Translations under genes and position numbers: made by a program | Notes under the pieces: model-generated | Seen by the model: only the letters and a program-made list of their open reading frames with translations | What the model was told of the DNA's origin: nothing | Database searches by the model: none | From: Bacteroidota bacterium | GTDB lineage: Bacteria; Bacteroidota; Ignavibacteria; Kryptoniales; JAKASW01 | DNA: 64,000 nucleotides | Assembly (NCBI GenBank): GCA_023381615.1 | Contig: JAMCQL010000014.1 | Span: 16,569-80,568 of the forward strand | Direction: 5' to 3' | In this document: piece after piece, positions 46,573 through 54,842 of the stretch | How positions within the stretch are numbered: the first letter of the stretch is position 1 | How the letters are laid out: each line of letters opens with the position of its first letter

Positions 46573-46995
46573 ATGGCAGACTCAATTCAGTCAAAATCGG
46601 AAGATATCGGCAAGTTGATTCTCCGCATTACGATAGGCGGACTTTTACTTTTCCACGGAATATTCAAACTCATACACGGCGTCGAGTGGATGAAAGGTCC
46701 CCTCAGCGCGTTTTACTTGCCGGGCTTTCTTGCCTACGGTGTCTATATTGCAGAAGTGATCGCGCCTGTTCTTATCATTGTCGGTTTCTGGACTCGTCCC
46801 GCGGCACTTATTATTGCGTTCGATTTGTTCATGGCGATCGTGCTCGTCGGGAGACAGGCTATTTTTACAGTCAAGCAAGCCGGAGGCGGATGGGGAATCG
46901 AGCTGGAAGCATTCTTCCTTCTCGGTTCGTTTGTCCTCTTCTTTTTAGGTGCGGGGAAATACAGTATCACAAAAGGACAGGGCAAGTGGAATTGA
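46573..46995 (+). CDS. DoxX-family membrane protein
   Basis: Has GKLILRITIGGLLLFHGIFKL and four TM segments. The ATG at 46573 follows GGAGGA. Confidence 0.7.
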   Translation: MADSIQSKSEDIGKLILRITIGGLLLFHGIFKLIHGVEWMKGPLSAFYLPGFLAYGVYIAEVIAPVLIIVGFWTRPAALIIAFDLFMAIVLVGRQAIFTVKQAGGGWGIELEAFFLLGSFVLFFLGAGKYSITKGQGKWN

Positions 46996-47089
46996 AAGCG
47001 AGAATCTTTAGTTCATTCACTGCGTAGTATTTTCTGCGTAAAAATTTTTCCTACATATATCGGAATATATTTTGGTGAGGGAAGTTACC

Positions 47090-47851
47090 ATGAAGACTGG
47101 CGATAAGATTAAAGAAGAAGTAAAAGAGAAATACAGCGAGGTTGCCAAGGGAAATTTAAAAGCAATCAAAAGTATATCGGGTTCATGCTGCGGTGGAGAC
47201 AAAGTTGTTGTAGATATGGCGCTTAAGTATGGCGATGCAGATAGAGATGCAATTCCCGATGGGGCTGACCTCGGTCTTGGCTGTGGAACACCAACTGCTT
47301 TTGCGGACATAAAAGAAGGGATGACCGTGCTTGATCTTGGCTCCGGTGCTGGCATTGATTGCTTCATCGCGTCAAAATACGTCGGCTCTGCTGGAAAAGT
47401 CATCGGCGTCGATATGACCGAGGCAATGATCCGGAAAGCCAACGAGAACAAAGCAAAGGTAAATGCTGCGAACGTTGAGTTTCGACTTGGCGAAATCGAA
47501 TCGCTTCCGGTGGAGAATAATGCGGTGGATAGAGTCATCAGCAATTGTGTCATCAATCTTGTGCCCGACAAGGAAGTTGCCTTTAGAGAGATACATCGGG
47601 TGTTGAAACTCGGCGGCAAGTTCACGGTTTCCGATATCGTTGTGGACGGAGAAATATCGGACGAAGAACGGCGCGACGCTTCTTTGTGGGCAGGATGCAT
47701 AAGCGGTGCGATGGATAGGAAAGATTACCTTGCAGTTATCGAGAAAGTTGGATTTAAAAACGTGCAAGTGACCTCCGAGAAAAAGTACGATTACAAACTG
47801 AGTGGTGGAGGTGGACTTTATTCCATAACTGTTGTTGCCGCGAAGGAATAG
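47090..47851 (+). CDS. SAM-dependent methyltransferase, arsenite methyltransferase (ArsM)-like
   Basis: Has SCCGG, GLGCGTP, VLDLGSGAGID, ISNCVINL and AGCISGA, a Cys pattern like ArsM. Confidence 0.7.
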   Translation: MKTGDKIKEEVKEKYSEVAKGNLKAIKSISGSCCGGDKVVVDMALKYGDADRDAIPDGADLGLGCGTPTAFADIKEGMTVLDLGSGAGIDCFIASKYVGSAGKVIGVDMTEAMIRKANENKAKVNAANVEFRLGEIESLPVENNAVDRVISNCVINLVPDKEVAFREIHRVLKLGGKFTVSDIVVDGEISDEERRDASLWAGCISGAMDRKDYLAVIEKVGFKNVQVTSEKKYDYKLSGGGGLYSITVVAAKE

Positions 47852-48382
47852 AGACCGATACTTTCTCGTCTAACCTTTCCGGGGGAGGATTTTGAACGAC
47901 CATTTTTATTGCGGGCACAACTTATTTTCTTAGGGCGCTTCGTAAAAGCCATCGTGGTCTTTGTGTTTACATTCTTTTTTGTTTGTGGCTACGCCGCTTT
48001 AGGGAAACGCCCGACACAGTCTGCCCGTCCGTATGATGAATGGCGTGCATTGGGTTGACACTATGCCAATTTGAGACTAATTTACGGCTGTAGCCATTCC
48101 TCTGCCGATAGTCGGTGGCGCACTTTTTCAACCGGATGCGGTGGATTGAGTCGGCCTGAATCATGTTATCTAAGTACCTTTTGTTAAGTTCGAGGGATGC
48201 TCGAGCTCCATTCTACAGACTTCTAATACCTCATTTTTTGCCGTCCGTCCATGATTGACGGACGGATATTCCGGCTGAAATAGCCTCGACTCTTCCGAGC
48301 CGGTTTTGCCGGATCATTTTCCGAGAAATGGTTGACTGAATTAGACGTAGATCTTATTAACGATTTGACAAGGGAGGTTATC

Positions 48383-48847
48383 ATGACACTCGAGAAATTG
48401 AAAGAATATTTAGACGGTCATGCGGTCAAGTACGTTGTTATCAGCCACTCACCGGCCTATACCTCGCAGGAAATTGCCCACTTTGCGCATATTCCGGCAA
48501 AACAACTGGCGAAGACAGTTATCGTGAGGATTGACGGAAAGTTGTGTATGGCGGTTCTGCCGGCCTCTTACAAAGTTGACCTGCATCTTCTCCGAGAAGT
48601 TACTGGGGCCAAAAAAGTTGAACTTGCCACGGAAGATGAATTTGCCGGCATGTTTCATGGATGTGAGGTCGGGGCGATGGCACCATTCGGAAACATTTAC
48701 GGAATGGATGTATATGTTTCGCATCTCTTGACAGCGCAGGAAGAGATTGCATTTAACGCCTGCTCGCACCGGGAACTTGTGAAAATGGCATTCGCAGACT
48801 ACGCGAAGTTGGTACAGCCGAAGATCATGGAGTTTGCTGAACTTTAG
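48383..48847 (+). CDS. YbaK/EbsC-type aminoacyl-tRNA deacylase domain protein
   Basis: Has AKTVIVRIDGKLCMAVLPASYKVDL..L and GAMAPFGN. The ATG at 48383 follows AGGGAGG. Confidence 0.65.
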   Translation: MTLEKLKEYLDGHAVKYVVISHSPAYTSQEIAHFAHIPAKQLAKTVIVRIDGKLCMAVLPASYKVDLHLLREVTGAKKVELATEDEFAGMFHGCEVGAMAPFGNIYGMDVYVSHLLTAQEEIAFNACSHRELVKMAFADYAKLVQPKIMEFAEL

Positions 48848-49065
48848 TTGGCTGAGTGCACTGCCATTTTTTTGTTTTGATCGGTTGTAAGGAAATGGGA
48901 CGCTCCCCGGCGTCAGAGTGAGTGTCCGTCAATTCCAAAGGGGAGACATATTCTTGCAGATTTCCCGGGATGGAATTCGTCAGGGAATAGTTTGCACAGA
49001 TTTTATTATCTTTCCAGAGAATTAATGACAATTCGGTTCAGTGCTGAATTACATGAAACAAATAA

Positions 49066-49860
49066 ATGGACAAACTGAATATGAAAATTCCAATTTATCA
49101 GATCGACGCTTTTACCGAAGAAAGATTTCACGGCAATCCCGCGGCGGTTTGTATTCTTGAAAACTGGCTGCCCGATGAATTGATGCAGCACATTGCCGCC
49201 GAGAACAACCTCGCGGAGACAGCTTTCGTCGTCCCAAAGGGCGATGCTTTCGAACTCAGATGGTTTACTCCGAAGATCGAAATAGACCTTTGCGGTCATG
49301 CGACGTTAGCGACTGCCTATGCTTATAAGGAGCATCTGAACTATCAGTCCGACGAAATCACTTTCAAAACGAAAAGCGGGATTCTTAAGGTCATTTATGG
49401 AGGCGATTTCATGTCGATGATCTTTCCGAGGAGACCGGGGGAGCCTTGTAGTGTGCCGGACAACCTTATCAATGGAATAAACGCGAAACCCGCGGAAGTC
49501 CTGAAATCGAGGGACTATCTGGTCATTCTCAACAATGAGGACGAGATCAGGAACTTGAAACCTGACTTCGAGAAATTGAAAACATTAGATTGTCTTGGTG
49601 TCATCGTAACTGCGAAGGGATGGGATGTCGATTTTGTGTCGCGTTTCTTTGCACCGAATGCAGGAGTTCCCGAAGACCCGGTGACCGGCTCGTCCCACTC
49701 AACGTTGATTCCGTACTGGTCAAAAAAATTGGGAAAGAACAAACTGACCGCACTTCAACTATCGGAAAGAGGTGGAAAGCTTTTCTGTGAAGACCTTGGC
49801 GACAAAGTGAAGATCGCCGGAAAGGCTGTTACATACTTGGTGGGAGAGATTAGTGTTTAG
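49066..49860 (+). CDS. PhzF-family isomerase
   Basis: Has IYQIDAFT...GNPAAV, ETAF, FTP..EIDLCGHATLA and PVTGSSH. Confidence 0.85.
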   Translation: MDKLNMKIPIYQIDAFTEERFHGNPAAVCILENWLPDELMQHIAAENNLAETAFVVPKGDAFELRWFTPKIEIDLCGHATLATAYAYKEHLNYQSDEITFKTKSGILKVIYGGDFMSMIFPRRPGEPCSVPDNLINGINAKPAEVLKSRDYLVILNNEDEIRNLKPDFEKLKTLDCLGVIVTAKGWDVDFVSRFFAPNAGVPEDPVTGSSHSTLIPYWSKKLGKNKLTALQLSERGGKLFCEDLGDKVKIAGKAVTYLVGEISV

Positions 49861-50195
49861 TACGGCGTAGAAATCCACCGCCTAAGGCAGTGGTAATGGA
49901 CGAATGGCTTTGCCGGTCGAACTCTCCCCTTCGCTCCCCCTCTCTTTGCGAAAGAGAGGGGGACGGGGGGTGAGTTAGGATGCAGGACTACATGAAGGAA
50001 ATCCAGCTCATCGTTTTCTACGAAGCCACCGCCTTTGGCGGTGGTCGTTCACTACGGGAGGCGCTCGTGAAGAGTCCAAAGAAACCGAGTGTCCGGACAG
50101 TTCATAGGGAATTATTTAAGCATCCCTCTGGTTTCCATGCTCCGGTACTGAGCGTCAAGAACATCCCCCGACGAAGATCGTCGGAGGGAGTAAAT

Positions 50196-50332
50196 AATCT
50201 TGGTCCTGTGAACATTGCATTAACTGGGAGCAAGAAAAAGACAAAGACATTTGCAGCAAATGTTACTGGGGAAATCCAGAAAACTATTTACACATTGCAT
50301 TACGCACAGCTCGACGCCTCGATATTCTATAA
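50196..50332 (+). pseudogene. relic 3' end (about 44 codons plus stop) of an HNH endonuclease gene
   Basis: 50196..50307 is identical to 51815..51926 inside the intact HNH gene. Similarity continues with 3 mismatches to 50328. The relic keeps the frame (..CEHCINWEQEKDKDICSKCYWGNPENYLHIALRTARRLDIL) and ends at its own TAA. Confidence 0.75.
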
Positions 50333-50418
50333 TCGCCTTTCTCCTCCTACCTCACGTCAGACACTTTGAGAAAGTCGCTTGCGTTATGTATTATAATACA
50401 TGATAAGGTTGATGTAAG

Positions 50419-51333
50419 ATGAGAACTCCTCATCCTATACCGTATCAAGGAAGCAAACGAAATCTTGCACCCAAGATTTTGTCCTTTATTCCCTCCGATA
50501 TTCAGACATTGTTTGAGCCTTTTGCCGGGTCAGCCGCAGTGTCTATAGCAGCCGCTCTCAGGAAAAAAAGCAAGCTCTTTCATCTTAACGACATAAACAA
50601 ACCGCTCATGGATTTATGGGAATTGATTATTAAAAAACCTGAGGTAATTGTCAAGCAATATGCCAAACTCTGGCATGATCAAAAGGGGAACGAAAGAGAG
50701 TTTTATGACAGGGTGAGAGAGAAGTTCAATAAAACACGAAGGCCGGACTTTCTCTTATACCTTCTTGCGCGATGTGTCAAAGCTGCTATACGGTATAACT
50801 TTGATGGAGAGTTTAACCAAAGTCCGGATAATCGACGGCTTGGACGGCATCCATCCTTGATGAAGCAAGATATCTTGGCTGCATCATATTTACTTAAGAA
50901 TCGCTCAACTCTTACTTGCCAGGATTATAGGGAAGTTCTAAGTCGAGCGAAAAAGCACGACCTCATATATATGGACCCGCCGTATCAAGGTACTTTTGCA
51001 AGCGGCGGATTCCGCTACTTTAAAGATTTGGAGTTCGAAACTTTCGTGTCTTCTTTATATGATCTCACGAGCAGAGACATCCCATTCATCCTAAGCTATG
51101 ATGGACGTACTGAGGACAAAACCTTTGGTAAACCCTTGCCACAGGATCTAGGGTTAAAGAAGATAGAGATTAAAGCCGGCAGATCTTCTCAAGCAACCCT
51201 GTTAGGACGTAATCACTTCACGTATGAATCTCTATATTTATCAAAAGCTTTAATAGTTAAACTAAGGATAGATTCAAAAGAAATCACGGATCACAAATCT
51301 ATTCAACAGACAGAGATGTTTAGCTCCTACTAA
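50419..51333 (+). CDS. Dam-like (D12 class, alpha-type) N6-adenine DNA methyltransferase
   Basis: Has PYQGSKRNLAPKI, FEPFAGSAAVS (SAM motif) and IYMDPPYQG (DPPY). Confidence 0.85.
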   Translation: MRTPHPIPYQGSKRNLAPKILSFIPSDIQTLFEPFAGSAAVSIAAALRKKSKLFHLNDINKPLMDLWELIIKKPEVIVKQYAKLWHDQKGNEREFYDRVREKFNKTRRPDFLLYLLARCVKAAIRYNFDGEFNQSPDNRRLGRHPSLMKQDILAASYLLKNRSTLTCQDYREVLSRAKKHDLIYMDPPYQGTFASGGFRYFKDLEFETFVSSLYDLTSRDIPFILSYDGRTEDKTFGKPLPQDLGLKKIEIKAGRSSQATLLGRNHFTYESLYLSKALIVKLRIDSKEITDHKSIQQTEMFSSY

Positions 51334-52062
51334 ATGAAAAAGCAAAACCCGCCGAAACAATTTCTGAAGATGGCTCGGACAATTACGAACAAGAGGGCGA
51401 AAATTGTCATAGAGCACATTTTGAAGCATGGCTTCATAACAACTGAAGATTTAGAAACCAAATATGGCTATAACCATCCACCTCGTGCTGCACGAGATGT
51501 CCGTGAAGCCGGCATTCCTCTTGAAACATTCAAGGTCAAGGATAGGAAAGGTAGATCAATCGCGGCGTATAGATTTGGGGACTTTTCCAAAATCCAGAAG
51601 AACAAACTTAGTGGCAGGGCAGTCTTTTCAAAGGAATTCAAAGAAGAACTTTTCAAGATGCAGAGTGGCAGGTGTGCAATATGCAATGGCACCTTTGAAA
51701 CTCGGTACCTTCAGATAGACCACAGGGTTCCGTATGAAGTTGCTGGAGATAAAGCTTCGACAAAAAAAGAGACTTCGGAGTTCATGCTGCTCTGTGCCTC
51801 ATGCAACAGAGCAAAATCTTGGTCCTGTGAACATTGCATTAACTGGGAGCAAGAAAAAGACAAAGACATTTGCAGCAAATGTTACTGGGGAAATCCAGAA
51901 AACTATTTACACATTGCATTACGCACGGTTCGGCGCCTCGATATTCTCTGGGAAGAAAACGAAATCAAGAGTTATGATAGGCTTAGAACTCTGGCAGAAC
52001 AAGAAAAGACACCTCTACCCGATTTTGTGAAGAAAACCTTGGAGAAACAATTCAAAAACTAA
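51334..52062 (+). CDS. HNH-family restriction endonuclease candidate
   Basis: Starts 1 nt after the methyltransferase stop. Has CAICNG...LQIDHRVPY...LLCASCNRAKS (HNH) plus CEHC...CSKC zinc-ribbon-like Cys pairs. Confidence 0.75.
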   Translation: MKKQNPPKQFLKMARTITNKRAKIVIEHILKHGFITTEDLETKYGYNHPPRAARDVREAGIPLETFKVKDRKGRSIAAYRFGDFSKIQKNKLSGRAVFSKEFKEELFKMQSGRCAICNGTFETRYLQIDHRVPYEVAGDKASTKKETSEFMLLCASCNRAKSWSCEHCINWEQEKDKDICSKCYWGNPENYLHIALRTVRRLDILWEENEIKSYDRLRTLAEQEKTPLPDFVKKTLEKQFKN

Positions 52063-52191
52063 GAACAAACTTCAGGCAACCCTTTGGATTTCTACATATA
52101 AGTCTTAAAGAAAGAAGAAAAATTAAGTGGTAACGGTGCCAATGCCGGCTAACAATTTCGTCAAGCTCCAACTTACTCAAATGGGCTTCAC

Positions 52192-52341
52192 ATGTTACAC
52201 ATCTTAGCCTTCCTTTTTCCGCCTCACGCAGTCCTTCTCTGCGGGAAGCTGATTAATCTTTTTTGCCAGGCGAAAAGGTTGTTCTCTAAATCGAATCGAG
52301 AATCAGGCTATCAATTACTTCTGAAATTTTGTACATTTTAA
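52192..52341 (+). pseudogene. truncated, diverged 5' copy of the YqaE/Pmp3-like gene
   Basis: MLHILAFLFPPHAVLLCGKLI compared with MLYLLAFFLPPLAVFLCGKPI at 54415. About 80% nt identity over about 65 nt, followed by unrelated sequence. Confidence 0.5.
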
Positions 52342-52348
52342 CCAAGTC

Positions 52349-53707
52349 ATGGCTACACACCACAAGATCATAATTGGCGATTCAAGAAGGATGGCGGAAA
52401 TTCCCGATGAGTCCGTCCATCTTGTCATAACATCGCCGCCGTACTGGCAGCTCAAAGACTATGGCAGCGAGAATCAGATAGGTTTTCATGATTCTTACGA
52501 GAGTTATATCAACAATCTCAATCTGGTCTGGAAAGAATGTTTCCGCGTACTTCACAAAGGATGTCGGTTGTGTGTCAATATCGGTGACCAGTTTGCCCGT
52601 TCTGTGTATTATGGACGATACAAAGTGATTCCTATCAGAACTGAAATTATTAAGTTCTGTGAAGCTCTCGGAATGGATTATATGGGTGCCATCATCTGGC
52701 AGAAAGTCACCACAACGAACACCACTGGTGGCGCAACCATAATGGGCTCCTTCCCCTACCCACGAAATGGAATTCTCAAGATCGACTATGAGTTCATTCT
52801 GATTTTCAAGAAGTTAGGCGACCCGCCGAAGGTAAGCAAGGAGGTGAAGGATCTCTCCAAGCTCACCACTGAGGAATGGAACACTTACTTTGCCGGACAT
52901 TGGAATTTTGGCGGTGAAAAGCAGGACAGACACCTTGCAATGTTTCCAGAGGAGCTCCCCCGCCGACTGATTCGGATGTTTTCCTTTGTTGATGACACCG
53001 TCCTTGATCCCTTTCTTGGCAGCGGAACGACATCGCTTGCCGCAAAGAATCTGAATCGAAACTCGGTTGGGTACGAGATAAACAAAGAGTTCATATCAGT
53101 AATCAAACACAAGTTGGGTGGACATCAGACAGACATTCACGGAACGGAATACGAATTCGTAACTCAGGGACCTAAGGACATCAATTATGACGCCGAAATA
53201 AAACTGCTTCCGTATGTCTTTCGAGATCCTCACAGGCTTGACAAAAAAGTCGATCCTAGAAAACTACAGTTCGGTTCAAAGATAGATAAGAACGGAAGTC
53301 TGAGAAGAGAGGAACTGTTTGAGGTTAGGTACGTCGAATCCGTCAAAACCATAGTATTGGAAAACGACTTGAAGGTAAACCTAATCGGAATTGATCCTTA
53401 TCCTCCAGGGTATAGAATCCTTGGGGAAGATGTTAATAGCGAAGGTCAGAAATTTCTCGAAGAAAAATTCCGTCATAGCAAAGTTTATCTGAGATTTGAT
53501 AAAGAAAAATATGACGGAGACGGAAATCTATTTTGTTATGTGTATCTAGAGAACAGAACCTTCATTAATGCGCATCTGCTAAAGAACGGGTTCGCAAGAG
53601 TCGACACCAAACTTGAGTTCGCCCACAATGCGAAATTTCTCGGCTTAGTTAGAGAGCGCGACGTTGTAATTCGAGAACTATTTAAGAAACAGAGGCTTGC
53701 CTATTAA
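52349..53707 (+). CDS. beta-class N4-cytosine/N6-adenine DNA methyltransferase fused to a degenerate staphylococcal-nuclease-like domain
   Basis: VHLVITSPPYW (motif IV) precedes VLDPFLGSGTTSLAA (motif I). The C-terminal about 130 aa has an SNase-fold pattern (NLIGIDP..., DGDGNLFCYVYLENRTFINAHLLKNGFARV). Confidence 0.85.
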   Translation: MATHHKIIIGDSRRMAEIPDESVHLVITSPPYWQLKDYGSENQIGFHDSYESYINNLNLVWKECFRVLHKGCRLCVNIGDQFARSVYYGRYKVIPIRTEIIKFCEALGMDYMGAIIWQKVTTTNTTGGATIMGSFPYPRNGILKIDYEFILIFKKLGDPPKVSKEVKDLSKLTTEEWNTYFAGHWNFGGEKQDRHLAMFPEELPRRLIRMFSFVDDTVLDPFLGSGTTSLAAKNLNRNSVGYEINKEFISVIKHKLGGHQTDIHGTEYEFVTQGPKDINYDAEIKLLPYVFRDPHRLDKKVDPRKLQFGSKIDKNGSLRREELFEVRYVESVKTIVLENDLKVNLIGIDPYPPGYRILGEDVNSEGQKFLEEKFRHSKVYLRFDKEKYDGDGNLFCYVYLENRTFINAHLLKNGFARVDTKLEFAHNAKFLGLVRERDVVIRELFKKQRLAY

Positions 53708-54389
53708 ACATTACTCCAAAGACTTCGGGAAGAAAGAGAAAGTCCTAAACTATACCTGTCAGGCATACCAGCTTTCGAGACCCAACAAAGTCGGTGCAGT
53801 TATGGCATTGATTAGAGAGTGCCAGCCACGGACTATTGAGGAATGGGAGAGATGGTATTTTGAAAACGCTTTCACAGAAGGGAGGCATCCATCAAAGATC
53901 ACGAAAGAGGGCTTAGAAGAACTCGGTGAGCGACTGTATACGAAAATAAAAGAAATTGTCATCCCAGAATGGTTAGAGGCATTCAATCGACTGACGCAGC
54001 AAGATTGTGCTGACTACATATACAATCTTACTATCAACAGAACATACGATGGATTTCTTCGGGAGAAATCTGTTGTTGAAGATAACTTGGCCAAAAGATT
54101 TCCAGAGGTACGATTTGAACCGAGTGATCCAGAACTTGATCATGCAGGCGATATCGATTATCTCGGCTGGGTAGGCGAGAAGGCGTTCGGTATCCAAATC
54201 AAGCCGGTGACAGCAAAGGCAAATTTTGGCAACTACTCTGTCAGCGAGAGAATGAAAGCGAGCTTCGAAGAATTTACAGAAAACTTCGCTGGAAAGGTCT
54301 TTATCATCTTCAGCCTTGATGGTGAAATCGGTAATGCGGAAGTGCTTGGGCAAATTGAGGATGAGATCCAGCGGCTTCGAACTTTATAA
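53697..54389 (+). CDS. putative Type II restriction endonuclease (PD-(D/E)XK-like)
   Basis: Overlaps the methyltransferase stop. HAGDIDYLGWVGEKAFGIQIKP fits D-x(n)-(E/Q)-x-K. The start is either TTG at 53697 or a downstream in-frame ATG (M-A-L-I-R-E...). I have only a weak memory of similarity to MjaI-type enzymes. Confidence 0.5.
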   Translation: MPIKHYSKDFGKKEKVLNYTCQAYQLSRPNKVGAVMALIRECQPRTIEEWERWYFENAFTEGRHPSKITKEGLEELGERLYTKIKEIVIPEWLEAFNRLTQQDCADYIYNLTINRTYDGFLREKSVVEDNLAKRFPEVRFEPSDPELDHAGDIDYLGWVGEKAFGIQIKPVTAKANFGNYSVSERMKASFEEFTENFAGKVFIIFSLDGEIGNAEVLGQIEDEIQRLRTL

Positions 54390-54414
54390 ATGTCGTTGCA
54401 GTGCACCAACATCC

Positions 54415-54621
54415 ATGTTATACCTTTTAGCCTTTTTTCTTCCGCCTCTCGCAGTCTTTCTCTGCGGTAAGCCGATTCAAGCGGCGGTGAATATCTTTCT
54501 GTGCATCTTTCTGCTGTGGATTCCGGGGGTTATGCATTCGCTGATGGTTGTGCACGATCATTATGCTGATAAACGGACAAAGAAAATTATTAAGGCAATA
54601 AAGGCTGGCAATAGAGTCTGA
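54415..54621 (+). CDS. YqaE/Pmp3 (UPF0057)-family small membrane protein
   Basis: LLAFFLPPLAVFLCGK...FLLWIPGVMHSLMVV. I chose the ATG at 54415. Confidence 0.7.
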   Translation: MLYLLAFFLPPLAVFLCGKPIQAAVNIFLCIFLLWIPGVMHSLMVVHDHYADKRTKKIIKAIKAGNRV

Positions 54622-54842
54622 TTTCTACTGCGATTTTCCACTTTCCGAGTTGTCCGCTCTTCTTCCTTTAGGATTCAGTCCAATGGTATTAAATTCTTAC
54701 GGTTTTGTCGAGCGGACTCGCGGCGAAAATTGTTGTCATAGTTCGTAATGAGTTCGTTATCATAAGAGGTTCTTTCGAAGCGGCTGTCGAGCCGTATTAC
54801 AAATAAGCAATACATTCTACTCATAAACGAAGGACGAATATC

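Noticed and set aside
47017-47700. 227-aa ORF antisense to the ArsM-like methyltransferase
   Set aside because: The plus strand has the canonical SAM-binding motif VLDLGSGAGID and an RBS. The antisense product is low-complexity and Ser/Thr/Pro-rich.
46316-50195. Integron-like cassette array (small unrelated genes with spacers)
   Set aside because: I looked for attC-type RYYYAAC...GTTRRRY imperfect palindromes in the spacers and found none. No intact integrase is present.
49980-50369. 129-aa ORF sharing ~45 identical residues with ORF 51734..52030
   Set aside because: The identity comes from the 112-bp DNA repeat read in a frame that is off-frame relative to the real HNH gene. Neither ORF is a gene.
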